Shown here one piece after another: positions 9,076 through 17,606 of a DNA stretch of 64,000 nucleotides. Position 1 is the stretch's first letter; each line of letters opens with the position of its first letter. The stretch spans positions 57,115 through 121,114 of the forward strand of contig DIRA01000014.1 of NCBI GenBank assembly GCA_002427425.1, read 5' to 3'. Below the pieces are notes generated by a model that did not search any database, was not told the origin of the DNA, and was given only the letters and a program-made list of their open reading frames with translations. This DNA is from Clostridiales bacterium UBA5448. Lineage in GTDB: Bacteria; Bacillota; Clostridia; Oscillospirales; SIG627. Made by a program: the position numbers and the translations under genes.

Positions 9076-11295
9076 TCATTTAGAAAAAGCAAACAAAGTA
9101 ATATCGCCGCCGTCGTCCCGATAATACAGGGTGGCATTGACGGGCGAAGAGGAGCGAAGAAGCGTGACCAAGGCTTCGGTGGAAGACATATTCTGTACGT
9201 TTTCTACTAAAAGCCCTGTGATGATATCCTGAAAGGTAAAGGTAATCTGCCCCACGGAAATGCTGCCGTTTTCCCCCAGCGTAGCAGCACCGGTGACAGC
9301 TTGGAGCCGATCGACCGAGGTCACGACAGCCCCCGCCATGGTCAGAACAACGGGAACGGAGGTTTCGTTTGGATCCAAAGACAGATCCGACTCTCCCAAG
9401 GGGCAGGATTGACCGTTACAGATGTAACTGAGACTGCCGGTGACAGCGTCCCTGTTCACCACCGTGACCAACATGGGGGATTCGGCGGTATCGGCAGGCA
9501 GCCAGGCAACCACCACATCCTCCAAAACAAACAGGGCGGCATACAACGTTCCGTTGTTTTTATCGATGGCGGATAACAATGCGGAGGTAGGATACAACCC
9601 ATCGTCCCCGCCGCCGTTTTTGACCAGATTTAAAAAAGTAAACTGCCGAGGATCTATATCTACCGTGACCGTATTGTTGGAACCCCGGGCAATCCAGCCC
9701 ACAATATCCGCGGGGACTTGAATGGATTGGATTTCTTGTTCAATGTAGTGAACGACAATGACTTCTCCCGGCATGGGACGGTATCCGTCGTAATCCGAAT
9801 GGTAAATCAAAGAAAGGACGGTATCGCCGTTGGTCACCGTGATACCGGCGACATCTGCGTTCACCACAATGGTGGCGATGGTATCCTCGAGGAGAATATC
9901 ACCGGGAATCGGATCGTCTTTGCCTCCGGTCTCTTCTTTTTTTTCGTCGCCGTCTTTGATGCTCTTCAATTTGGTGACTTTGTCACCGCAATAAGGCAAA
10001 GCCGCGGCGTTTTCATAAAGGGCGGCATATAAAGGCAGGGACTGGGTTTTTCCATATTGAAGGGTGCTGGCGCAAACCGCCAACAATCCCGGCCTTGCAA
10101 CCGCAAAGGAATATCCGCTGCTTGACAATATGTATACAGGTGTGCCTGCTTTCAGCAAGGAAAGGGTGTTGACCCCCGACCACTCCGCATTTTCTTCTTC
10201 GGTGATAACCCCTTGTGCACAGGCAAAGGAGAAGCAATAAGAAGCAAAGGGTTTGTTTTCCTTGGTTACATTGACCCAGGCATCTTCACGAATCACCGCC
10301 GCGGGGGCGATGGTCAGCAAATTGACGAGCAACGTTCCCAAAGAAGCCGGGGTTGCATAGCTGTCCAGTTTGGCAAATCCGGTGGACAGACCATGGGAAC
10401 GGACCAAATCGTCGATGGTGCTGTCCAACAAAGAGCCTCTGGCGTTGCCTCCGCAAAGCAAGCGCATGAAATAACGGGAAATATCCTGATTGGAAACCCG
10501 CTCGGCAGGTTCAAAAAACTTGTTTCCCTCTTCGTCCTTTTTCCAATCCATGATCCCCATGCGGCAGACAAAATTGATATACCCGGCATACTCGTGAGAC
10601 TCGGGTACGTCAGTAAAATAATACATGGAAGAGTAAACGGCGGCATCCTCTTTGCCGGTTATCAGCAAATACAGGCATTTTGCCAGGGTTCTTTTTCTGA
10701 TGGCTTCGGCTTCGCCCACTTCCTTGGGAATCACACCCAATTTCCGCATAACGGATTCGGCGGACACCGCCTGTTTGGAGGGCGCGACAAAATCCGCGTT
10801 GGCAGTTTGGGGGAAGAAGGAAATCAGCATCATACAAACCAGAAGCAAAGAAAGGGTGCGTACAGGCGCAAACTTCTTTTTCCAAACCGGATATCCGGCA
10901 ACCGCGGCCACGACCACGACCAAACCAAGGATTACCCACAAAATCCAAAGCCAGCCCGACATCCCGTCGGGATCCATAATGCCGGCGGAGACCGACTCGG
11001 TATAGGTGCTTCCAACCGAAAGGGAAGGAATGGTCACATTGGGGATAAAGCCGTTTCCGGGAGAAACTTGAGAAGGAAGATAATAAACCAGCGAAAGGTT
11101 GTCAAAATCTTTCAGGGTGTTATTCACGATTTTGGTAAAAAACCGAACTGTATCCCCCGCGTCGTAAAGCTCTTTTTCCGGCGTAACGGTGAATGAAATG
11201 CCCAATTCCAATCCAAATCCAAACAAGGCTGTGCAGCCAAGAACAACGCCTGCAAGCAAGCAGAAGCATACAATCGATTTGAAGGTGGCTTTCAT
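9076..11295 (-). CDS. large surface protein: signal/lipobox-like N-terminus, Ig-like module, internal membrane hairpin, SLH-like domain, long unknown C-terminal region
   Basis: 739 aa. N-terminus MKATFKSIVCFCLLAGVVLGC. TM segment WLWILWVILGLVVVVAAVAGYPVW-KKK is followed by a second signal-like segment LSLLLVCMMLISFFPQTANA-D. The SLH-like motif is FTDVPESHEYAGYINFVCRMGIM..FEPAERVSNQDISRYFMRLL. Confidence 0.55.
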   Translation of the reverse strand: MKATFKSIVCFCLLAGVVLGCTALFGFGLELGISFTVTPEKELYDAGDTVRFFTKIVNNTLKDFDNLSLVYYLPSQVSPGNGFIPNVTIPSLSVGSTYTESVSAGIMDPDGMSGWLWILWVILGLVVVVAAVAGYPVWKKKFAPVRTLSLLLVCMMLISFFPQTANADFVAPSKQAVSAESVMRKLGVIPKEVGEAEAIRKRTLAKCLYLLITGKEDAAVYSSMYYFTDVPESHEYAGYINFVCRMGIMDWKKDEEGNKFFEPAERVSNQDISRYFMRLLCGGNARGSLLDSTIDDLVRSHGLSTGFAKLDSYATPASLGTLLVNLLTIAPAAVIREDAWVNVTKENKPFASYCFSFACAQGVITEEENAEWSGVNTLSLLKAGTPVYILSSSGYSFAVARPGLLAVCASTLQYGKTQSLPLYAALYENAAALPYCGDKVTKLKSIKDGDEKKEETGGKDDPIPGDILLEDTIATIVVNADVAGITVTNGDTVLSLIYHSDYDGYRPMPGEVIVVHYIEQEIQSIQVPADIVGWIARGSNNTVTVDIDPRQFTFLNLVKNGGGDDGLYPTSALLSAIDKNNGTLYAALFVLEDVVVAWLPADTAESPMLVTVVNRDAVTGSLSYICNGQSCPLGESDLSLDPNETSVPVVLTMAGAVVTSVDRLQAVTGAATLGENGSISVGQITFTFQDIITGLLVENVQNMSSTEALVTLLRSSSPVNATLYYRDDGGDITLFAFSK

Positions 11296-11348
11296 GGCGG
11301 TACTCCTTTTGTTTTTTTGAGCAGTATCTTCCTACTTTTTCAACTTCT

Positions 11349-11378
11349 ATTATAGAGGAAACCGCATTGAAAAGTCAA
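11349..11378 (-). promoter_or_regulatory. candidate promoter for the 739-aa surface protein gene
   Basis: Minus strand reads TTGACT (11378-11373), 18 nt, TATAAT (11354-11349). The RBS AAGGAG lies 7 nt before the ATG at 11295. Confidence 0.5.
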
Positions 11379-11469
11379 TTGATTTTGTGTATAATTTTAC
11401 AAATGTTTTCACAATGTCCTTTGGTGAATTTCCAACATCTTGCCTCTGTGGGGTGTAGCAGCCCCCTTT

Positions 11470-12330
11470 TTACATGCCAAAAGTGGCTTTTTGTCTTTTG
11501 CGGTACTGCTGGGGGGTCAAGCCGAACCGCTGCTTGAAGCGGCGGGAAAAATAAAACTGATCGCAGAATCCCAAAGCGTCGCTGATTTTGCCAATGGTTT
11601 CTCCGGTACCCACCATCATTTGCAGTGCGCGAAAAAAAATCAAATCATCGATATACGCACCGATGGTTTTACCGACTTCTTTTTTAAAGAGTTTTGCCAA
11701 GGTGGATTCTGCCAGAAACAACCGCTGTGCTAAAAAACACACAGTGATTTGGAGAGAAAGATTTTGCTGGATATAGTCCAAGGTATCCCGAACGGGCGGG
11801 GAATATTGGCAGAGCGGCTGACTACCGGGTGCAACCAGAAGAAGGAAATCGGCCAAATGGCGAAACACCATTTGCTTCACCGCAACCGCAGAGGAAAAAT
11901 CATGTTCATGTATGAACAAATCGCGCAATGAGATCATTTCATGCAGATCTACCGGGGTTTCCAGAATATGATGACAGCCAAAGAAGACGTCATATCCGTC
12001 AGGACGAAACAGATTTACGTGAAAATAAATTTTTTCCATGGGAGCATGGCAGCCGAAACTGAACGTCAAGCCCGCGGGAATCAAATACAAACGACCCGGT
12101 TTCAGGATCACGTTCTGCTGCTCATACTCCAAGTGTCCCTCGCCGGATAAAACAAAATACAGCCGGGAATAGGGAGAGCACACCTCAGATGCCATCCATG
12201 TTTCGGGCGTGACCGTTACAAAAGCGCCCGCCGAAAAAGTAAAATGGATGGTATTGGCAAGCAGGAGCATTTCATGATTTTGTTTCACATCCATACAAAA
12301 ATATCCATATTCAAATCCGTAGAAATCCAT
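11470..12330 (-). CDS. AraC family transcriptional regulator (cupin sensor + HTH)
   Basis: 286 aa. The C-terminal region QNLSLQITVCFLAQRLFLAESTLAKLFKKEVGKTIGAYIDDLIFFRALQMM..ISDALGFCDQFYFSRRFKQRFGLTPQQYR is a typical AraC double HTH. Confidence 0.85.
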   Translation of the reverse strand: MDFYGFEYGYFCMDVKQNHEMLLLANTIHFTFSAGAFVTVTPETWMASEVCSPYSRLYFVLSGEGHLEYEQQNVILKPGRLYLIPAGLTFSFGCHAPMEKIYFHVNLFRPDGYDVFFGCHHILETPVDLHEMISLRDLFIHEHDFSSAVAVKQMVFRHLADFLLLVAPGSQPLCQYSPPVRDTLDYIQQNLSLQITVCFLAQRLFLAESTLAKLFKKEVGKTIGAYIDDLIFFRALQMMVGTGETIGKISDALGFCDQFYFSRRFKQRFGLTPQQYRKRQKATFGM

Positions 12331-12428
12331 TGTTTTTGTGAGTAGAGCATAGTATGCTTAACGTGCAGTCCATATTTGGAGTATATCATCGTTATGAATA
12401 AAACGCAAGAGAAAGGTGGGTAATTTGG

Positions 12429-13748
12429 ATGTCAAGTTATCAAGTCAGAAAAACGCCGGGTGACGTGGCATGGTTCATGCGGGATCGTTTTGGCATGTTT
12501 ATTCACTGGGGAATGTACGCATTGGGCGCACGGCATGAATGGGTGAAAAAATATGAATCCATTCCCGAAGGCGTCTATGATCGCTGGCTGCAGTATTTTG
12601 ATCCGGATATGTACGATCCTGTCGATTGGGCAAGACAGGCAAAAGCCGCGGGCATGAAATATGCGGTGCTGACCACCAAACATCACGAAGGTTTTTGCAT
12701 GTTTGATTCTCAGTATACCGATTATAAATGTACCAATACCCCTGCCGGCCGTGATTTGGTCAGAGAGTATGTCGAGGCATTCCGGGCAGCCGGATTGAAA
12801 GTCGGCTTTTACTATTCTCTGATTGACTGGCATCATCCCGAATTTCCGTTTGACCCCGTTCATCCCCGCAGAAACGATCCCGATTCGGAAGAACAGAACA
12901 AAAAGAGGGATATAAAAAAATATGCCGCCTATATGCGCAACCAGGTCAGGGAATTGATGACCCATTACGGCAAGATCGACATCGCGTGGTTTGACTATTC
13001 GTATCCTACGGCAACGGTGGAAGGCAAACCTTGGCTGGTGGGAAAAGGCAAAGACGATTGGGAAGCAGAACAATTGATCGCCCTGGTTCGTGAACTCCAG
13101 CCTGGCATCATCATCAACAACCGCACCGGTATAGAGCAGGATTTATGGACACCTGAGCAGGTTCAGTTGAAAGAGTGGGTCAAACATGAAAAAACCGGGG
13201 AGCTGGTTCCCTGGGAAGCATGCCAAACCCTCTCCGGCTCCTGGGGATATCATCGGGATGAATCCACCTGGAAATCCCCTGAAATGCTGCTGCAAATGCT
13301 CATCACCACCGTTTCCTGCGGCGGCAACTTTATCATGAACGTAGGCCCCACCGCCCGGGGATATTTGGATCACCGTGCCGAAGCTGCGCTGCAGGTCTAT
13401 GCGGACTGGATGAAATACAACGACAAATCGATTTACGGCTGTACCAAAGCGGAACCCGGCATTGTCTGCCCCGACGGCTGCAAATTGACCCAGTCTGGGG
13501 ACGGCAAGCGGCTATATGTCCATTTGTTTGCCTATCCTTTTCGATATTTAGAATTGCCCGGCATGAAAAACAAGGTGGCATATGCCCAATTTTTACATGA
13601 CAACAGTGAAATAAAAATGACCGGCTATACCGCTTGGCACGGGGCAAACAACCCCGGCGGAAGCGAAGGGGAACCCATCATTCTCCATCTACCCGTAGTC
13701 AAACCCCCTTGTATTGTTCCCGTCATTGAACTGTTCTTAAAGGACTGA
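12429..13748 (+). CDS. alpha-L-fucosidase, GH29
   Basis: 439 aa. Contains FGMFIHWGMYA, TTKHHEGFCMFDS and YYSLIDWHHPEF, which are hallmark GH29 segments. No signal peptide. Confidence 0.85.
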   Translation: MSSYQVRKTPGDVAWFMRDRFGMFIHWGMYALGARHEWVKKYESIPEGVYDRWLQYFDPDMYDPVDWARQAKAAGMKYAVLTTKHHEGFCMFDSQYTDYKCTNTPAGRDLVREYVEAFRAAGLKVGFYYSLIDWHHPEFPFDPVHPRRNDPDSEEQNKKRDIKKYAAYMRNQVRELMTHYGKIDIAWFDYSYPTATVEGKPWLVGKGKDDWEAEQLIALVRELQPGIIINNRTGIEQDLWTPEQVQLKEWVKHEKTGELVPWEACQTLSGSWGYHRDESTWKSPEMLLQMLITTVSCGGNFIMNVGPTARGYLDHRAEAALQVYADWMKYNDKSIYGCTKAEPGIVCPDGCKLTQSGDGKRLYVHLFAYPFRYLELPGMKNKVAYAQFLHDNSEIKMTGYTAWHGANNPGGSEGEPIILHLPVVKPPCIVPVIELFLKD

Positions 13749-13795
13749 ATTGATATAAAAAAGGCAGATTTTATCTGCCTTTTTTATATCAATTC
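13747..13795. terminator. bidirectional terminator, 49-nt perfect palindrome
   Basis: GAATTGATATAAAAAAGGCAGAT-TTT-ATCTGCCTTTTTTATATCAATTC. The arms are 23 bp, perfect, with a 3-nt loop. The GC core GGCAGAT/ATCTGCC is flanked by A6/T6. The palindrome overlaps the stop codons of both convergent genes. Confidence 0.8.
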
Positions 13796-14859
13796 CAATT
13801 AGGAATGGTTTGGATGGTTTGCGCCAGCCGTTTGGCAATACGATAGAACCCCCCATCGTTGGGGTGCCCTCCATCCACCGTACACATATCCCGGTCAACC
13901 TCGCCGAACAGTTCATTGCCGTGAATGAAATAGACATTCTTGTCCCCTTCCGCTTTGGCTTTCTCATAGGTGGCACAGATGACAGCCAAGAAGCCTAAGT
14001 TGTGGGTGGAAGCGGCATATTTTGTAGCGCTGGATAAGAGGATATAGGGAATATCGGGGTGGGCATCCCGGATTTTGCGGTAAAGTCGATAATGGGTTGC
14101 TTTGAGATGTTCCACCGTAGGGGCATTGGCATCGTAATCAGACACAAACATGCTCATTTCCAGCGTTGCCATCCAGTCACAAATAGCATCTTCTCCTTTG
14201 CCGCTGCCCGAAAAGCCCAAATTGATATGATCCGCATCAAACCAACGGGAGATATGCGCTTGGTAGGTGTTGCCGGGACGGGAAGCACATCCGCCCTGGG
14301 TGGTGGAAGAGCCGTAATAAACGATGGGCTTTTGGTGCTTGTATGGCGGGGCAGCCAAGAGAACGGACCCTTTTTTCAAGCCGATATACAACGCATCCAC
14401 CCTGTAATATAAGGGAAAATGGATTGTCAAATCTTTCATTTTGGTAGATTGGGACTTGAAAATACCGTCATAAGCCCCCTTGGCTTCCACCGGAGGCACA
14501 AACATTTTCAAAAAGTTGTATTGACTACCCTTTTTTTCATATAAATCAAAGCCATTGGAGCCGGTGGGAGGCATGTGAGGCATCAAATAGGAACCGGGAT
14601 AGGTGGTTTTGATGGCGATAACAGGAGAATCGGTTTTAAACCGCACCCTGCCGCCGGCGGTACGATATGCCAGATTCAACACACCGGGGCTGGTAGCCTG
14701 TGCCACGTCCAAAGGAAGCCGCACAAAGGGGAAATGATGTTTGTAATCATACAGCCCGTACACCCGGAAAGGATCCTGCTTCACAGAATACCAAACCAAA
14801 TCCGGCCCGTCAAAGGAGGTTTCGATTTTAAAGTTGGGATCAAGGGTTGAAATGTCCAT
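13789..14859 (-). CDS. SGNH/GDSL hydrolase with GxDLY-type N-terminal domain (candidate carbohydrate O-acetylesterase), paralog A
   Basis: 356 aa. Contains the GFDLY motif, the block I segment IVYYGSSTTQGG, GFSGSGKGE, and the block V segment DGGHPND. Confidence 0.7.
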   Translation of the reverse strand: MDISTLDPNFKIETSFDGPDLVWYSVKQDPFRVYGLYDYKHHFPFVRLPLDVAQATSPGVLNLAYRTAGGRVRFKTDSPVIAIKTTYPGSYLMPHMPPTGSNGFDLYEKKGSQYNFLKMFVPPVEAKGAYDGIFKSQSTKMKDLTIHFPLYYRVDALYIGLKKGSVLLAAPPYKHQKPIVYYGSSTTQGGCASRPGNTYQAHISRWFDADHINLGFSGSGKGEDAICDWMATLEMSMFVSDYDANAPTVEHLKATHYRLYRKIRDAHPDIPYILLSSATKYAASTHNLGFLAVICATYEKAKAEGDKNVYFIHGNELFGEVDRDMCTVDGGHPNDGGFYRIAKRLAQTIQTIPNWN

Positions 14860-14868
14860 GATATCACC

Positions 14869-15945
14869 TCACCAATCCAAATGTTTTATAACGCGGGCCA
14901 TTCTTTGCGCCATGCGATAAAAGCCTTCGTCCGTGGGATGGGTGGTATCCACGGTGCAAACGTCCCGATCCACTTCGCCGAACAGTTCATTGCCGGGGAT
15001 AAAATACACGTTTTTATCTCCTGCCGCCCGCGCATCCACATAGGTTTTTTGGATGATGGCATGGCGCGCATCGGTTTGAATCGTCTTTTTTGTCAGATTC
15101 GGACGGGATAGAATGATGTACGGGATGTCCGGATGGGCAGTGCGAATGGTTTCATACAGGGGCTTGTGGGTGGCTTCGAGGTGTTCGGCAGTGGGAGCGT
15201 TGAAATCATAGTCCGACACAAAAACACCCATATCCAAAGAGGCCATCCAGTCCGCCATGGACTTTTCCCCTTTTCCGTTGCCGGAGAACCCTAAATTGAT
15301 GTGATCGGTGTCAAACCAGCGGGTAATATGGGCTTGGTAGGCGTTGCCCGGGCGGGAAGCACACCCCCCTTGGGTGATGGAAGAGCCGTAATAAACAATG
15401 GGCTTTTCGTGGATATAGCGGTCGCCGGCGTCTAAAACGCTTTCTTTGTGCAAGCCGATGTATAAGGCGTTCACCCCGTGATATAAAGGAAAGTTGAGGG
15501 TATAATCCCGCAGATCGGTGCGGTTGCAATAAAATATGTTTTCATATCCATCCGTCATATGCACGGGAGCGATAAAGGTTTTTTGATAGGTATATTGCCC
15601 CTCTTTTTTTTCGTACAAATCAAAAGAGGAAGAACCCGTCAAGGGCATGTGAGGCATAGCCCCCCTGCCGTTTTGTACAGTTTTGAGGGCGATGTAAGGG
15701 GAGTTGGTTTTGAATCTGACTCTGCCTCCGGCAGTATGGAGCGACAGGCGTTCCAGAGGTTCGCCGGTGGCTTTGGCAACAGCGGCAGGAACCCTGCGAA
15801 AGACGAACTGATTTTGATAATCATGCAATCCATACACACGAAAGGGCGCTTTCCGCACGTCATACCAGACCAAAGCTTCTTCTTGTATGTTACTTTGTAT
15901 TTGAAAATTCGGATCGATTGTTGCAATGTTCAACGATGTATCCAT
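14869..15945 (-). CDS. SGNH/GDSL hydrolase with GxDLY-type N-terminal domain, paralog B
   Basis: 358 aa, colinear with paralog A along its whole length. Contains SFDLY, IVYYGSSITQGG, GFSGNGKGE and DTTHPTD. The two genes are 9 nt apart. Confidence 0.7.
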   Translation of the reverse strand: MDTSLNIATIDPNFQIQSNIQEEALVWYDVRKAPFRVYGLHDYQNQFVFRRVPAAVAKATGEPLERLSLHTAGGRVRFKTNSPYIALKTVQNGRGAMPHMPLTGSSSFDLYEKKEGQYTYQKTFIAPVHMTDGYENIFYCNRTDLRDYTLNFPLYHGVNALYIGLHKESVLDAGDRYIHEKPIVYYGSSITQGGCASRPGNAYQAHITRWFDTDHINLGFSGNGKGEKSMADWMASLDMGVFVSDYDFNAPTAEHLEATHKPLYETIRTAHPDIPYIILSRPNLTKKTIQTDARHAIIQKTYVDARAAGDKNVYFIPGNELFGEVDRDVCTVDTTHPTDEGFYRMAQRMARVIKHLDW

Positions 15946-15962
15946 GATGGTCCCTCTATAAA

Positions 15963-15990
15963 AAGCCCGCTCACGGTCGTAAGCGGGCTT
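15963..15990 (-). terminator. terminator after the CBM9-like surface protein gene
   Basis: 9-bp stem AAGCCCGCT / AGCGGGCTT with a 10-nt loop, followed on the minus strand by TTTTATA. Confidence 0.6.
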
Positions 15991-16008
15991 TGTTTTGTTT
16001 GAACGAAA

Positions 16009-17472
16009 TTATTTTTTAGGCGTGGAAGCCTTCTTTTTTTGCAAGACAAGAAAAGCAGCTGCGCCGCCGCCAACGACCACAACGCCGCCGATGATGACCC
16101 AAAGCCACCAAAGGCTGCTTCCGCCGCCACTGCCGTCTTGGGTGACATCGGAAGTAATCGCGTATATATCCAAATCGCTTTGTACGTTTTTGTACTCATC
16201 GGAGCTCCAGCGTAAAAAGTTTTTCACGCGGGCGGAAGGATCTTTCAGACAAGTTCCGGCAGGAACCTGTCTGTATAAAAGAGGGGATGAGTCCTTGGAT
16301 TTGCGGAACACAACCTTATACATCTTGGTATATGCCGCAACCAATTCGATATCTTCGGTAATTTCACCGCGGAGGGCCACGTCATAATTGCCTTCCCAGT
16401 GGCTGAATGCCAGACCATTCTGGTCTTTCATTTCAGGCTCCCGGAGACAATCCTGGGCTTCGCAAACGTAGGAAGAAATTTTGGTTTTTTCACCATCGTT
16501 GTTATTGTAGAAGGTAACGGTATATTTTTTGACTTCGGGATCGGCTTCTTTGCTGTCAAAAGCCAGACTGCTGAGGATTATTTTATTATCGCCGACTCTT
16601 TGAGAAGAGACCACGGTGGATTTTTTGTTTTCGGCATTGTTGGGTTCGCCCAGGCACAAATCGCCCCAGGTCAGGAAGTTATCAATGGCTTTGGCACTGC
16701 CGGAAACCAGAGCCAGAGCCAAACCGTAGATGTCGCCGGCTGCCGGGGAATCTTCAGCGCCCAAAAGCGCGCTCCAGGCAATGGCGATTTCGTAGGTAGT
16801 GATGGATCCGTTGTTTTTTACCACCGCATTGGTATCGGAGGGAGCTGCGTTTACGAAAGGACCGGCAAGCCCTGCGTATCCATAGGTAGCCTTGTTGTCA
16901 ACGGCGAAAACGCCTTTGCTGTACGTGTTGGTGGATTCAAACGCGTTGGGTTTCTGACCATACTGCATCGCCCAGTTACCCACGGAGTTGAAACCAACCT
17001 GGAGGGAGTCGCCGTTCCACATTTTTAAGGGTTCAGTTTTGATCCAGGAGTTAAAGGGCGTTTTGTCTTCGGTCATAACAGCGAGATAAAGGTTGTCGCT
17101 ATCCCATCTCAACCAAAGAGAGAAAGACAGAGCACCTTCCTTGATTTCATCGGCACGGGAAGCGTTGTTGGTTCTGTTTGCAAAGGTAGAGGGGAATGCG
17201 CCTTTGCCATCGTCGTGAATATTTTCCAAAGTAGGTTTGCCCCATTCGGCTTCAGAAACGCTGCCGTCAATGGCGGGAGCTTTGGTGAATTTACGTACAT
17301 AAACAGTTTCGGTAGCAGGCGTGTAAGGTAACTCGGGAAGCTCGTCTTCTTTGTTTTTGCTGATAATGTCATCAATTGTTCCGCTTTCGCCGGCTTCAGC
17401 GGAAACAAAGAGAGTGGCGCTTGCTGTCAACAACAGGACGAGAACCAGCAAAATAGATACCAGTCTGGACAT
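16009..17472 (-). CDS. secreted, C-terminally membrane-anchored carbohydrate-binding protein (CBM9/DOMON-like domain + two Listeria-Bacteroides-type repeats)
   Basis: I place the start at MSRLVSILLVLVLLLTASATLFVSAEA (ATG at 17472), with GGAGG 8 nt upstream. WDSDNLYLAVMTEDKTP resembles CBM9. The repeats begin YTVTFYNNNDGEKT.. and YKVVFRKSKD... The C-terminal anchor is LWWLWVIIGGVVVVGGGAAAFLVLQKKKASTPKK. Confidence 0.55.
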   Translation of the reverse strand: MSRLVSILLVLVLLLTASATLFVSAEAGESGTIDDIISKNKEDELPELPYTPATETVYVRKFTKAPAIDGSVSEAEWGKPTLENIHDDGKGAFPSTFANRTNNASRADEIKEGALSFSLWLRWDSDNLYLAVMTEDKTPFNSWIKTEPLKMWNGDSLQVGFNSVGNWAMQYGQKPNAFESTNTYSKGVFAVDNKATYGYAGLAGPFVNAAPSDTNAVVKNNGSITTYEIAIAWSALLGAEDSPAAGDIYGLALALVSGSAKAIDNFLTWGDLCLGEPNNAENKKSTVVSSQRVGDNKIILSSLAFDSKEADPEVKKYTVTFYNNNDGEKTKISSYVCEAQDCLREPEMKDQNGLAFSHWEGNYDVALRGEITEDIELVAAYTKMYKVVFRKSKDSSPLLYRQVPAGTCLKDPSARVKNFLRWSSDEYKNVQSDLDIYAITSDVTQDGSGGGSSLWWLWVIIGGVVVVGGGAAAFLVLQKKKASTPKK

Positions 17473-17565
17473 GGGATTAACCTCCATCATATGTAGTATT
17501 TATGCCATATGGCGTACATATTAATATTATACTATGGACATGGGATATTTGCAAGAGAAAAAACA

Positions 17566-17606
17566 CAAAAAAAATAATTCCGACGGAAAATTTCGTCGAA
17601 ATTATT
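17566..17606 (-). terminator. terminator of spoIIR
   Basis: AATAATT(C/T)CGACG arms (13 bp, one mismatch) with an 8-nt loop, flanked by A8/T8. The right arm overlaps the spoIIR TAA stop. Confidence 0.65.

Noticed and set aside
10213-11196. Long plus-strand ORF (327 aa) antisense to the 739-aa surface protein gene. Similar shadows occur at 7776-8618 (280 aa), 21116-22009 (297 aa), 34832-35692 (286 aa), 19579-20400 (273 aa) and 58456-59169 (237 aa).
   Set aside because: Each lies entirely inside a well-supported gene on the other strand. The translations are Gly/Arg/His-rich with no motifs, and none has an RBS. These are typical antisense shadow ORFs in moderately GC-rich coding DNA.
12346-12358. 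The palindrome AGCATA-G-TATGCT in the divergent araC/fucosidase spacer, considered as an operator.
   Set aside because: It is a 13-nt element of a kind that occurs easily by chance. AraC-family proteins usually bind longer direct-repeat half-sites. I cannot support a regulatory call without comparative data.
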